DNA of 64,000 nucleotides from Isurus oxyrinchus (lineage: Eukaryota): NCBI GenBank assembly GCA_026770705.1, contig JANJGN010000009.1, forward strand, positions 163,370,001 through 163,434,000. Reading direction: 5' to 3'. Positions 10,501-22,189 of the stretch are shown in pieces; position 1 is the first letter of the stretch; each line of letters starts with the position of its first letter. The translations under genes were made by a program, and so were the position numbers. The notes under the pieces are model-generated. The model was not told where the DNA came from and did not search any database. It worked only from the letters and a program-made list of their open reading frames with translations.

Positions 10501-13500
10501 TAAAAGGACAAAGGGAGAAATTTGGAGAATTTTATTGATGCAAACTGTTTTTAGGACATGGAATGCCCAACTGAAATAAGTTTACAAACAAATTTAATAA
10601 TAGATTTTAAAAGGGAAACAAATGTATGAGGGTGTGGGAAAAGGACAATGAAATGGAATTAAATGAGGAGATCATTCAGAGAACCAGCATTGGAGCGATG
10701 GGCTGAATTCCCTCCCCTGTGTTGTAAAAATTCCATCATTCCAGACAAAATCTCAAATTATCCTGTATAAAAAATTAACTATTCCTTCCCCATAAAACAA
10801 TGACCCTGGTTCTGAAACAAGGAGGACTTTAGCCTATTTGAATGTAACGGTTCAATTTTCTGCAGAGTGGGTGCAGCATGTTCACCGAGAAACACCAACA
10901 TGGGCACAAAACAAAGAGAATCACATTTTCACCTGAGCAGCAGGAGACAGGAATTTACATATGCAAATATATTGACTCTGGTCATGTGGTCTCTTGCCTC
11001 AGTTGTCAGGGAAGAAGGGTGGAATTTTACACCCCCATTGCGGCAGGGACTGGGCTGTAAAATGCAGCCAGCCATTCTAAACTCCATGCACTCCAGCAGG
11101 ACAATTAAATCCCACTGTCACAAGCCTCTGACCAAAGGCTGTCAGCAGCAGGTAGAAATTACACCTGTAAACTGTGTTTGTACTGGAGTTGTCAGCAGGG
11201 ACTCAGTTGCACTCTGACCTTTGATGCCAGTCTTTTGTAGTTACAAGTTCCCCTTAAGAGTTAAAATTCAGGCTGATACCACTGTCCAGCACTGAGGTAG
11301 TGCTATACTGGTGGTGGTGCTGCTGTGTAGATGAGGTATTAAACTGAGGATCCACATCCCCCTTAGGTAGATGTAAACATTTCCAGGGTATTATTCACAG
11401 AATAGGGAAGTTCTCCTGGTGTCCTTGAAGCCTTTATTCCTCAACCAATACACACAAATTGGGAGCAGGAGCAGGCCATTTGGTCTTTTGAGCCTGTTAA
11501 TGTCACTACAAAACAGATCATCTAGTGCATGTTTTACTGATGTTTGTGGGGCTTTGCTGTGTACGAATTAACTTCCACGTTTCCCAATATTAAAACTTTG
11601 GCTTTACTTCAAAAAAGTACTTCATAGGCTCTGAAACACTTTGGGATATCCCAAGTTGTGAAAGGTGATGAATCAACACAACTTCTTTCTTACTTTTTGA
11701 AACAGACGATTTATTAAAATACATCTGAACCAATTATCTGAATGCAAACTGGAGGGGGGGAGGGGGAGGGAGGAGCCAGTCCCAGCAGCAAAGTGGGTCA
11801 TTATAATTAAATGGTCAGAAAATCACTGGCAGGTTTGAGACATCTTTACTGCAAGCTCAGAAAACTGTCCCTGAAGGGCAGAAAGTGACCATTGCCAGTA
11901 TTAGGATGTAACTGTTTAATGTGTTCACGTGAAATTCATGTCAAACAAGTGTATCTCTGGATTGTAGTCTACCAACCTGAGCCCTTAACTGGCCCTCTAG
12001 TAACTCTGTCCCACCAACTCTCAGATATAGGAAAAAAAGTGGAATTACCAGTAAATATAGATCACCATCAGGTATCAGCAACCTCTCCACTTATAACCAG
12101 AGAGGGGTAAATTACACAGAAATCAATTCTACCAGCCAGGCTTTTCCTCAATTAATGAGGTTCCTTTTGACAATGATGCTCTCTCTGTTGAATATAAGTG
12201 AAAATAAGGCAAATCTGAATGTTATTCCCTTGTTTCAACAGGACCGGACTATTTTTGTGAAGATTCTACAACAGTATCACCAACTATACATTTGACAAGT
12301 ACAGATATAATTTCCACTACCAATCGATCCACACCTTCAGATCCCGAAAATGCTGAAAGGTACAATGTTCTCATGGATTGGCATTGCTTCCATATGTGAG
12401 AGATACGATTGGCCAAAGGAGTGAAAGTTGTTCATTAATTTGGAAAGTAGCTCATCAGAATGGAAATGGTGGCTGGGTTTATATCATGCTGTTGTGTTAG
12501 CTTCTTAATGAGGGTGCATTTTTCTGTTAGAAAGTACAAGCAAGGAGTGAGCTTTTCCATTGTGTTGCCGCTCAGATGGTGTTTTTTGCCTTATTCACCT
12601 TGATTACTTCACCGCTAAGGTAACCTCACAGTGTGTGAGGAGTTGTACTTGTCAAACTTACCTTGCTGCTGTCTACACTGACAGAGTAGCTGTATTTGGG
12701 CTGATGAAAAGGAAGAATTAGCGTGATATATCGGCACATCCCTTGGTTTCACTAATGAGAGACATCTTGCAGCTCTGGTCCTGTTTCCATATTATTAGCC
12801 TAAGCTGTCGACACTAAGTAGCAGAAATTGTAGTCCGATGTAAACACTCAGGAATCGGGTCTTTGAAGTTACAATGGTGATAAAGAGAAAACGCCAACTA
12901 AATGTCAAACAGAAAGAGGGACAGTTGGAAATGGACAGCAGGTATGTCCGCAGCTGTGGAGAAAATAAACACGTTCATGGTTTGGGTACAGACACTTCTT
13001 CAGAATTCTAGTCCACACACGAAGCGAAGCAGGTCCACTCACCCCACAGCTCCCAACTGATCTGCTGAATGTTTCCAGAATCTTCTGTTTTCCATTCATA
13101 TTTCCAGCACATGCAGTGCACTTACTTTTATCCAGATAATCGTCAATGCTTTAAGAAGTATTGAAAGTCTCAGAGATTTGTCTTAAAATAAAAATCAATG
13201 TCTGCTCTGTTGTATAAAGTTGACTACAAAGATCATCTGAATAAGAAATCCATATATGTATGAAACAGTTATTGTTCCCATTTTTTTCAGGGATTATCAG
13301 GTATTCCTGCATTTGGATTTCAATAATTAAAACTGACCCAGTATTAAACAGGGCTCAGTGGTAACACACTCACCTTATGTGTCAAAGGCTGTGGGTTCAC
13401 TTCCGCTCCAGAGACCTCAGCACATTATCTTGGCTGACACTCCAGTGCACTACTGAGGGAGTGCTGTGCTGTTGGAGGTGCCACCTCTCAGATGTGATAC

Positions 13501-16500
13501 ACCCAAGGCCCATCTGCTCTCTCAGGTGTTGTAACAGATCCCATAGTGACATTCATAGAAGATCAGGGCAGTTCTCGCTTGAGACCTGGGCAACATCACT
13601 AAACAAAACAAATTATTTATTCATCCATCTAATTGCTATTTGTGGGAGCATGCTGTGTGCAAATTGAATGCCACATTTGCCAAATTACAACAGTTAAGCT
13701 GCATTGAAAATATTCATTGTTTGTAAAGTGCTTTGGGATGTCCTGAGGTCACGAAAGCCACTTTATAAATATCTACCTTTAAATATTTCTTTAAACAAAT
13801 GGCCAATAATCAATTGTGAACCAACACTGTCCCTTGTCTATTCTCTGTTTCACAGTCTGATTTACATTGTGCTCGGAGTGCTGGGGGGCATTCTTGTGGT
13901 GTTTGCTGTTTCTCTACTTCTGTACCTGAGGCAAATCAACAAGGGTGAGTTTCTATTTCTCTTGAATCATTTCATTATATGGCAATAATTTGCTGCAGAA
14001 TAGAAAGAATATACAGTTTGTTGGATCAATCAACAATCACCCATGACCCTAGTATTCTCATTCTAGTCTACACATATTGAACATGGGGCTGAATGTTTCT
14101 CTATTCGAGCGGGTGCACACCAGACCCAAACGAGAGTAAAATAGTGTGTGATGAGGTCAGACGAAACCTCATCAATGGGCAGGATGGGGTTTTGACCAGT
14201 GATTAAAGCAAAAAATTTGAGAACTCATATTTAAATGGCCATGGTCATGTGACAGAGTCACATGAGGGGACATGTTTCCATTAGTTTTCAATTCTTTATT
14301 TTGATTGTTCAAAATCTTCAGCTCCCTGAGGCAGCTCTGAGACTCAGGGAGCTTTCACTGTGAGCACGCGCACACATGCACAAACTTGCACGCTTGCCCT
14401 CCTCCCACCATCACACCAGCAGTGCTGAGCATTGCAGCGCGTATTATGCACTGACTGGCCATTAATTGTCCAGCCCGTATGAAATCGATGTTGGGGCCTG
14501 ATTCGGGGCAGTGGTCGGCTTCACAAGCACTCCTGAGCCCACCTGCCATGCCCACCCGACAAGGGCAAAATTCTGTCCATGGAATAATTAAGTTGAGTAT
14601 TGCTGATAAAAAATACATTTGAACAGATGAACAAGGAGCAGGAGTAGGCCATTCAACCCCTCGAGCCTGCTCCATTATTCAATAAGATCATGACTGATCT
14701 GATGGTAACCTGAAATCTGCATCCCAGCTACCCCCCCAGTAACCTATCACCCCCTTGTTTACCAAGAATCTATCCACCTCCCCCTTAAAAATATTCAAAG
14801 ACTCTGCTTCCTCCACCTTTTCAGGCAGAGAGTTCCAAAGATTCACGACCCTAGGAGTGAAATAATTTTGCCTCATCTCCATCTTAAATGGGGGCGACCC
14901 CTTATTTTTAAATAATGACCCCTAGTTCTAGATTCTTCCACAAGAGGAAACATTCTCTCCACATCCAGCCCATTAAGACCCCTCAGGATTTTATGCTGTT
15001 GAAGCAATCAGCACTCTCTTCTCATGCAGTATAAATTGTTGCTCCCTTTATTGTTGGTATTCTTGCAAACTGTCCTGATGAGAACAAGGCAAAAAGCTTT
15101 GACAGCTCGTCTGTTTGAGTGAGTAAAAATTGGGCCTCTGATTTCACCCTGTGATGAATTGCTTGACCTTCCATCAATGACACGACATAACAGGTACTTG
15201 TATTCAGGATAGAATTGATCAGTTTTTGAAATGCTCAATCCTAAACACACGGGAGTTAATTTTCTCTTTCACATCACGGGTGTTAATCTGTCAGAGTGCT
15301 ACGTAGAAATTAATGGAATGAAATTTGGGTGCATTCTCTAATAGACAATCTGTTCTGTCAGACAGAAAACGTCATATGCTGGTAGTGTAGTTGCTGGTTT
15401 CTGGTGTGTGTGGCCTATCTTACCGAGAGAAACTTGTGTTACTCTGTTACTTGCTTTAAACTGCTTTATTAACACTGTATTTAAGATAGGTTACAGAGTA
15501 GGTATGCCTCCCCTGAGTACAGAGTGTTCCATCCACTCTCCCAGGTAAATAGCACATGACTGCCAATGTCGTTGATACATCATGGTGTACATCACTCATC
15601 AGCATAGCTATTCTATTATCCCATTACACTACAAACACTTTTGTCATGCTATGTATAATTACCAGGCTGATTGTTCATTCCATGTTGGAAATCATTGGTG
15701 CAATGCAGATGAACGTATTTCCATGAATGTGGATCAATGTCAGGTTTAGCACGCTTGCAATACATGTTTAGTTTAGAGATTTTAAACATATTAACCATTC
15801 CTTGTTACTGCTCTTTCAACAGTTACATTGTAATTTTTCAGGTACAAACTGCATTCTAATTCATCGGAGAGACAAGACTCTCCATGATAATCAGGTAAGG
15901 ATATAAACATTACTTCTCTGAATACTGTTTGGAAATTTGCAAGTTGGTGGATATAGAATTTACTAAGAACTTACAGCCATTTGGCCCATCTGCACGAGGC
16001 TGGTTTTTATGCTCCACACGAACCTCCTCTCACCCCTCTTCATCCCACCCTATCAGCATATCCTTCTGTCCTTTACTCTCTCATGTGCTTATCTAGCTTT
16101 CCTTTAAATGCAGCAATCCTATTGGACTCAACTCCTCCCCAGGGAAGGAATAAGGAATTCAGAAGAAACTTCTTTACCCAGAGAGTGTCAGAACCTGAAC
16201 TTTGTTACTATAAGGCAAAGTTCAGGCAAATACCATAAATAAAGCTGGATAAAGCTGGATAAGCAGTTGAGGGAGAAAGTAATAGAAAGATATTTTGAAG
16301 AGGTTGGATGAAGAGGGGTGGGAGGAGGCTTGTGAGGAGAATGATACTGGTATAGACCCATTGGGCTGAATTGTTTGTTTCTGTGCTGTAAATAATTTTT
16401 AATATCTTGTAATCCTTTATAAACTGATTTATAATAATGGATACATAGCTTTCTCCTCATAACAGCACAAGTCACCATTCAGGCTAATCAAAAATAAATG

Positions 16501-16837
16501 CAATCTTTTTTTAAATATATTTTAGGAATTGGCAGCAGAGGAAGAGGACACTGTGTATGCAAAAGTAAACCACACTCAAAGGAGCTCGGCAGGAACACAC
16601 AGAGAGGGAACTGCCGAGTTGAATAATGAGGAAATCACGTATGCAGCAGTGCAGTTGCAAAAGAAATCGTCTACACAGAGAGGTGAAGGGACAAGTCACT
16701 CAGTTAACAACCCGGACAGTGTCATCTACAGTGGAGTCATGATTCACAACCAGCCCACAAAGAAAAACCCTAAAACTCCATTACATGATACTCCCCAGGA
16801 ATCTGAAATGGCAATTTATGCTACCGTTACTCATTAG
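1532..16837 (+). CDS. Gene A: CD300/pIgR-like (MDIR-type) inhibitory Ig-superfamily receptor, 7 coding exons, 415 aa
   Basis: Exons 1532-1568, 3428-3742, 9619-9942, 12242-12359, 13856-13944, 15842-15894 and 16526-16837 all have GT-AG boundaries. Phases are compatible (1,1,1,2,1,0) and total 1248 nt open to TAG. Architecture: SP-IgV-Ig-S/T stalk-TM-tail with 4 Tyr motifs. Confidence 0.92.
3428..3742 (+). CDS. Gene A exon 2, IgV domain of CD300/pIgR/TREM type
   Basis: Acceptor ctcctcag. Motifs ITIECHY, KYWC-x6-C (extra C-C' cysteine pair typical of CD300/pIgR) and DTGWYSC. Donor G|gtacat. Confidence 0.95.
4020..4792. mobile_element. MITE-like non-autonomous Harbinger-type element
   Basis: Termini gggctggatattc...gaaatccagccc. 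The B copy (~39873-44865) is split by the Penelope insertion. Confidence 0.55.
4793..6600 (-). mobile_element. Harbinger-type DNA transposon fragment (Myb/SANT-like ORF 3' half)
   Basis: Homologous to 56450-57900 (REHQEG...LRLQG...TEVNTGRMAAAMETL); degenerate. Confidence 0.7.
5020..5377 (+). mobile_element. Two tandem 5'-truncated Tx1-like non-LTR retrotransposon tails (5020-5145, 5161-5377)
   Basis: ORF2 end AVSGGTVETFRARW...GCFIHPLNHILV* plus a T-rich 3' UTR. Flanked and separated by three copies of ctacatctyctcaac. Confidence 0.7.
6831..7710. mobile_element. Possible solo LTR
   Basis: Termini tgttatgg...ccataac; non-coding; no TSD confirmed. Confidence 0.3.
9619..9942 (+). CDS. Gene A exon 3, second Ig domain (C2/I-like, FcR-like spacing)
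   Basis: Acceptor ttccaacag. EPVSVPVL...VSCESVQGSLPIQYTWY...YYCTASN. Donor G|gtaagt. Confidence 0.93.
11270..11690 (+). mobile_element. Deu-domain SINE (SacSINE1-like), degenerate; mirror copy ~34125-34550
   Basis: Core cagcactgaggtagtgct...gatgaggtattaaactgagg...ggtagatgtaaa. Confidence 0.6.
12242..12359 (+). CDS. Gene A exon 4, Ser/Thr-rich stalk
   Basis: Acceptor tttcaacag. GPDYFCEDSTTVSPTIHLTSTDIISTTNRSTPSDPENAE. Donor AG|gtacaa; phases fit both flanking exons. Confidence 0.85.
13350..13770 (+). mobile_element. Deu-domain SINE; mirror copy ~32020-32445
   Basis: tRNA-like head gctcagtggtaacac..., core tactgagggagtgctg, tail gtaaagtgctttgggatgtcctgagg. Confidence 0.7.
13856..13944 (+). 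CDS. Gene A exon 5, transmembrane segment
   Basis: Acceptor tttcacag. SLIYIVLGVLGGILVVFAVSLLLYLRQINK, with no charged residue in the TM. Donor G|gtgagt. Confidence 0.92.
14086..14579. mobile_element. MITE-like Harbinger-type element; B copy 31021-31710 is ~190 bp longer
   Basis: Termini ggggctgaat...aaaattctgtcc (B: gggcagaatttt...attcagcccc). Confidence 0.55.
14625..14990 (-). mobile_element. CR1/HER1 LINE 3' end; mirror copy ~30612-30975
   Basis: EMRQNYFTPRVVNLWNSLP motif plus a HER1-type tail. Confidence 0.85.
15382..15633 (-). mobile_element. Short solo-LTR-like element; mirror copy 29967-30219
   Basis: Inverted termini gtagtgta...tacactac and an internal AATAAA. Confidence 0.4.
15842..15894 (+). 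CDS. Gene A exon 6, membrane-proximal cytoplasmic
   Basis: Acceptor tttttcag. GTNCILIHRRDKTLHDNQ. Donor CAG|gtaagg; bridges phase 1 to phase 0. Confidence 0.85.
16526..16837 (+). CDS. Gene A exon 7, cytoplasmic tail with ITSM/ITIM motifs
   Basis: Acceptor ttttag. Motifs TVYAKV, ITYAAV, VIYSGV and AIYATV, then TAG. Confidence 0.92.
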   Translation, partial: ELAAEEEDTVYAKVNHTQRSSAGTHREGTAELNNEEITYAAVQLQKKSSTQRGEGTSHSVNNPDSVIYSGVMIHNQPTKKNPKTPLHDTPQESEMAIYATVTH

Positions 16838-16934
16838 CGAAACCATTCGGATGGCACATGTACTGCCCAGTGCACTTAACGTTGCATCTCAGTTGCATTG
16901 AATTTCTTCTGCCATGAGCTGTCCACATATTTAC

Positions 16935-17095
16935 TTTAGTCCAATTCTTCCTTTATCTTGGGAATTGTTTCCTCCATTCCCACCGCTCCTCCCAGTTTGG
17001 AATCATCAGCAAATGTAATCAATTCACCTTGAGTTTCAGAGTCCAGGACATTAATGTAAATTAGAGTGGTCCCAATACCAGGTCTTATAGCACCA
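16935..17095 (-). mobile_element. Old CR1 RT fragment in the 3' flank of gene A; mirror copy ~28505-28665
   Basis: IYINVLD...FADDSKLGG is a decayed YINDLD..KFADDTKLGG. Confidence 0.7.
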
Positions 17096-17139
17096 CACTC
17101 ACCAGCCAGACCCCCCACCCCCCCAACACCCCCAGCATT

Positions 17140-17590
17140 GGTAGCTCTGTTGCTGCTGATTCACAAGTTCCAGGTTTGAGTTCCATGCCAGGGCTTGAGT
17201 GGAAAATTCAAATGTTGAAACTCTGTTGTAGTACTGAGGGAGTGCTGAACTGTTGGAGGTGCTGTTTTTTGGGTGATATGTTAAACCGAGGTCCCATCTG
17301 CCTATTTGAGTGAATGTAATAGATCCCATGGCATTATTTTGAAGAAGAATAAGGGAGTTAACCCCGGTGTCCGGACCATTATTTCTCCCTCAATCCACAT
17401 CACAGAAACAAATAGCCTGATCATTATCACATTGCTGTTAGTGGGGGTTTGCTGTGCACAAATCGGCTGCTGCATTTTCTACATCACAACAGTGACTACA
17501 CTTCAAAAGTGCTCCAGGGGCTGTAAAGCTCTTTGAGACATCCAGTGATTATAAAAAACATGATAAAAATCCACAGCTTTCTTTCTTTTC
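17140..17590 (+). mobile_element. Deu-domain SINE; mirror copy ~28015-28465
   Basis: gtactgagggagtgctg...ttaaaccgaggtccc...agatcccatggca core. Confidence 0.75.
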
Positions 17591-17649
17591 TTTAACACAA
17601 CCGGCCTAATGGGCCAAATTTGTCTCAGCGTCCAACTCGAGTCTCCAAG

Positions 17650-18530
17650 TCAGATCGTCATGGGTTACCTCCGGGACTTGATCATACAATCCAGGCAGAT
17701 ACTTCAGTGCAGTACTGAGAGAGTGCTGCACTGTTGGGACTGCCTTCTTTTAGGTGTGATAGTAAACTGAAGACAAAACAGAAAGATGGGGGTGTTGAAT
17801 GGCAAGCAACAGGAAGTTCTGGGTCATGCTTGCGTAGAGACCAAAGTGGTCCTGCAAAGCGATCACCCCACCCTCACAAGGACCATCTCTCACTTGTTCA
17901 TGTTGTTCTTTCCAGAGAGCTTACCCTTGTCCTGCCATTATCACATTCTGCTTTCTGATCTTAATGTCACCATTAGCACCTTCTTTAGCCAGTATCACTA
18001 TCAAGAAGACCCCTTTGTCCTTTTGTCTATGACATCTCTGGCAATCTCTCCTTTGCCTCCACCTATCACTGATCTTCTATCCACCTTCACCTGCTCCACC
18101 TCCACTTAAACAGCATAAATTTCATTACATTTTTACTACTCTCTAGCTCTGAGGAAGAGTCATTAGGATTCAAAACGTTAACTCTTTTTTTTCCCTCCAC
18201 AGATGCTGTTAGACCTGCTGAGTTTTTCCAGCATTTTCTGTTTTTGTTTCAGATTTCCAGCATCTGCAGTATTTTGCATTTATCTTAGTATTAAACTGAA
18301 GACCCTCCTGTACCTTAGGTGGATGTAAAAGATCCCATGGCACTATTCAAACAGTTCTCCCAGTGTCCTGGTCAATATTCTGCACCCAGTATCAAGTAAA
18401 GAGATTACCTGCTTATTCATCCAGTTTTGGGCCCTTGCTGTATGATGATTTGTTGCCACATCTCTCTGTTTCAAAAATACTTCATTGGCTGTGAAAGGCA
18501 TTGTATAAATTGTAAGTTCAACTCTTCTTT
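17650..18530 (+). mobile_element. Deu-domain SINE interrupted by a short Penelope insertion
   Basis: SINE core resumes after 18292. Confidence 0.65.
17775..18291 (+). mobile_element. Short Penelope-like insertion with inverted 5' part and 12-bp TSD
   Basis: TSD taaactgaagac at 17763-17774 and 18292-18303. 3' end ...gacctgctgagtttttccagc as in 40041-44242. The 5' piece is an inverted GIY-YIG fragment. Confidence 0.75.
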
Positions 18531-18704
18531 CTTTTCTAATGAGCATTAGTTTCATTTTGTTATTCAAACAATCTTTTTATCCCAGGGTTTACCCTAAATA
18601 CACAGAGTTTTGGAGATGCCAAGGTTGAGGCCTCTGACCCTCTACAAGGAGCAGGCAGCAGATCTGGCTGGAGGGGACAGGTGCCATTTCTGTGTAAAGG
18701 GCAA

Positions 18705-19895
18705 GGTTGCCCATCCCTAATTGAGAAGGTGGTGGTAAGCTGCCTTCTTGAACCACTGTAGTAGCATGGGTACACCACAGGAGAGAGGTTCCAGGATTTT
18801 GACCCAGCGACAGTGAAGGAATAGCGATATATTCCAAGTCAGGATGGTGAGTGGCTTGGAGAGAAGCTTCCAGGTGTTGGTGTTCCTATGTATCTGCTGC
18901 CCTCGTCATTCTATATGGTGATGGTCGAGGGTTTGGAAGGTGCTGTCTAAGGAACCTTGGGGAGTTCCTGCAGTGCATCTTGTAGATAGTACTCTGCATT
19001 GCTGATGGAGGAAATGGATGTTTGTGGATGGGGGGCTAATCAAGCAGAGCTGCTTTGTCCTGGATGGTATTGAGCTTCTTGAGTGTTGTTGGAGCTGCCC
19101 TCATCCAGGTAAGTGGAGTGTATTCTATCACACTCCTGACTTGTACCTTGTAGATGGTGGACAGGCTTTGGGGGAGTCAGGTGAGTTACTCACTGCAGGA
19201 TTCCCTGTCTTTGATCTGCTCTTATAGCCACAGTATTTATATGGCTAGTCCAGTTCAGTTTCTAGTAACCCCCCCAGACTGATAGTGGGAGATTCAGCGA
19301 TGGTAATGCTATTAAATGTCAAGGGGCAATGGTAAGGTTCTCTCTTGTTGGGGATGGCCATTGCCTGGCACTTGTGTGGTCCAAATTTACTTTTCACTTG
19401 TCAGCCCAAGCCTGGATATTGTCCAGGTCTTGCTGCATTTGGACATGGACTGCTTCAGTACCTGAGATGTCGTGAATGGTGCTGAATGTGCAATCATCAG
19501 CGAACATCCCCACATCTGACCTTATTGCAGAAGGTAGGTCATTGTGAAGCAGCTAAAGGTGGTTGGGCCTAGGACACTATCCTGAGAAACTCCAGCAGTG
19601 ATGCTCTGGAACTGAGATGATTGACCTCCAACAACCACAAACATCTTCCTTTGTGCTCAGTATGACTCCAACCATTGGAGAGTTTTACTCCTGATTCCCA
19701 ATGACTTCAGTTTTGCTGGGGCTTCATGATGCCATGATTGGTCAAATGCTGCCTTGATGGCAAGGGCAGTCACACTCGCTTTACCTCTGGAGTTCATCTC
19801 TTTTGTCCATATTTGAGGTCAGAGCTGAATGATCCTGGCTGAACCCAAATTAAGCGTCAATCACCTGGTTATTGCTAAGCGAGTGCCACTTGATA
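18705..19895 (-). mobile_element. CR1/L2-group LINE 3' fragment
   Basis: Decayed RT C-terminal region; same family as 23105-23910 and 25966-26640. Confidence 0.75.
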
Positions 19896-20069
19896 GTTGT
19901 ATCTTCAAACAACTAAAGTGAGAACTTACAGAGTGTCCAAATAATTAAAACCAAAAATAGGTTTTTGTTATGGGCCTGAGTATTAGCTGAATGTGAGTTT
20001 ATTACATTGTAAAAGGAGCTAGCCTTTGTCTAATTTAAATGTTTTAAGAATAGCCTGAGGTAATAGCAA

Positions 20070-20385
20070 CTCACCAAGGCTCCTTCGACAGCACCTTCCA
20101 AACACTTGAATTCTACCATCTAGTAGAATAAAGATAACAGATGTGTGGGAACACCACCATGTGCAAGTTCCTCTCCAAGTTACTCAGTATTCTGACCAGA
20201 AACCATAATGCTGTTCCTTCATTTTCACTGGGTCAGTAATCCGACCTCTCTCCCCAACACCTAACACCCTAACAAGGACAGCAGCGGCTCAAGAAGGCAA
20301 CTCACCACCATCTTCTCAAGGACAGTAAGGGATGGACACCAGGGTCTTGCCAATGGCCCCCACAGCCTAAGAATGAATAAAATAA
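20070..20385 (+). mobile_element. LINE 3' tail (same family as 26340-26640)
   Basis: ctccttcgacagcaccttccaaac...caccaccatcttctcaagg...gaatgaataaaa. Confidence 0.65.
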
Positions 20386-20802
20386 GTTTTTGTCGGGTTG
20401 AATATTTACATGCTTTCTGTTTGATGAAACCTAAAAATTCCTAGGGGCAACATTTTCCTCCTGCCAGGTGGATGTGTGGCAGTGGGCACAGTGGGCAGGT
20501 TCCTGATCAGTGAGATCGGCTCAGATGTTAAAGTTTACATAAAACTGGGAAAAAAAGTTCACCGCAGTGACCCCCATGTGACACCATCACAAGAGTTGGG
20601 ACATGTCCATATTTATTTATTTTGAAATATTCTTAGATTTTTAAGTCGCTCATGAAACATCAACCCACCCGAGGTTTCATGGACGGGCAGGTTCATTAAT
20701 AACATCAATCAGTTTTTTAATGGCCTTAATAGGCCGTTGACAGGTCATAGGAATGACATGTACAGGACAGTTATTGAGAATAATTGCGTCAATATGTCAG
20801 TC

Positions 20803-21057
20803 CACAAGACCATAAGACAAAGGAGCAGAAATTAGGCCATTCGGCCCATTGAGCCTACTCCGCCATTCAATCATGGCTGATAAGTTTCTCAGCCCCATTC
20901 TCCCGCCTTCTCCATGTAACCTTTGATCCCCTTACCAATCAAGAACCTATCTACCTCCATCTTAAATACACTCAATGACCTGGCCTCCACAGCCTTCTGT
21001 GGCAATGAATTCCATAGATTCACCACTCTCTGGCAAAAGAAGTTTCTCCTCATCTCA
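20803..21057 (-). mobile_element. CR1/HER1 (or HE1 SINE) 3' tail
   Basis: ccataagacaaaggagcagaaattaggccattcggccc terminal motif. Confidence 0.75.
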
Positions 21058-21430
21058 GTCTTGGCTCAGTATGTAACACTCTCACCTCTGAGTCAAAACG
21101 TTTGTGAATTCAAGTCACAATCCAGTAACTTGAGTGCGCAGTCCAGGCTGGCAGTATTGAGGGCATGCTGCACTGTCCGTAGGTGCCATCTTTTGATGAG
21201 ATGAAGCCCTGCTGCCTGCCTTCTAAGGTGGAGAAGAAAAGAAATCGCACCACACTTTTCAAAGGAGTTCTCCCGAAACCAATATCTAAAAATGCAGATG
21301 ATCTGGTCATTTATTTCATAGCTTTTGATGGGAGCTTGCTATGTGCAAACTGGCTGCTAAGTTTCCTCCATTACTTCACTGGCTGTAAAGCACTTTGGGA
21401 CCTCCTGGGGTGGTGAAAGCTATTTCTTTT
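21058..21430 (+). mobile_element. Deu-domain SINE
   Basis: ttggctcagt head, core, and gtaaagcactttggga tail. Confidence 0.65.
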
Positions 21431-22189
21431 ATTTAAAATGTAATACCAGCCCCATGATTAGTTTTGAATTGTGCTGCTAAATATAAATAAATATTTGATG
21501 AACAACTGACTTTTAAAAGATCTGTTATTAAATTACTGCGCTGACTTTAATGCCTATAAAAGGATTACAGGTGGCTTTGGGGAAAGGAACGTGAATAGTT
21601 CAGCATTACGGTGATGTAGTAAATTGGACCACGTGGTTGAACCACCAACTTCCCATTCAGAAGTGGTAAGAGGTTTAAAATAGAAGCTGAAAGGGTTGAG
21701 TCAAGAGAAAACCTGTTTCAAAATCGCAGTTGTAAGATTTTTTTCTGTTCCTCTGGTTGTATTGAATGACTAATGAGCACATGACGACACCACAATGTAT
21801 GTCTGTCTGTTTATATTTAAACATGTCTCAGAGGTGTGCCCTGTGCTATGCAATTTATACTGGAAAGGGAGAGTTAGTTCCTTGGAGTTTTGATACCGTT
21901 TCACTGGTGTATCTCTGTAGAAGTCAAAGCTCATGTACTGTTCTCTGCTCCTCGGTGCCAGGAAGTCCTTCAACCACTTCATTTATGCTTAAAAGCTTGC
22001 AGTGGCAGTGCAATAATCAGCATGCTTATGATCAGGGGCTTAATAGGAGTGAGACAGATGTGAGGCTGAATATAACCCAGGATTTTTTTAAATGGCTATC
22101 TATTAACAAGGAGTGCAAACAGACATGCATATTTTATCTCCTGTTAGTTATTTTCTGAATCTTGTATGAGAAATGCCAGTGGTATTGTT

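Larger units (their letters stand above)
1..17649 (+). repeat. Left arm of large inverted segmental duplication (runs off the window start)
   Basis: Colinear reverse-complement match to 27958-48889. The inner boundary ctcgagtctccaag (to 17649) pairs with cttggagactcgag (from 27958); position 1 pairs with 48889. Confidence 0.97.

Noticed and set aside
13350-13420. tRNA gene
   Set aside because: Decayed tRNA-derived SINE head with no cloverleaf
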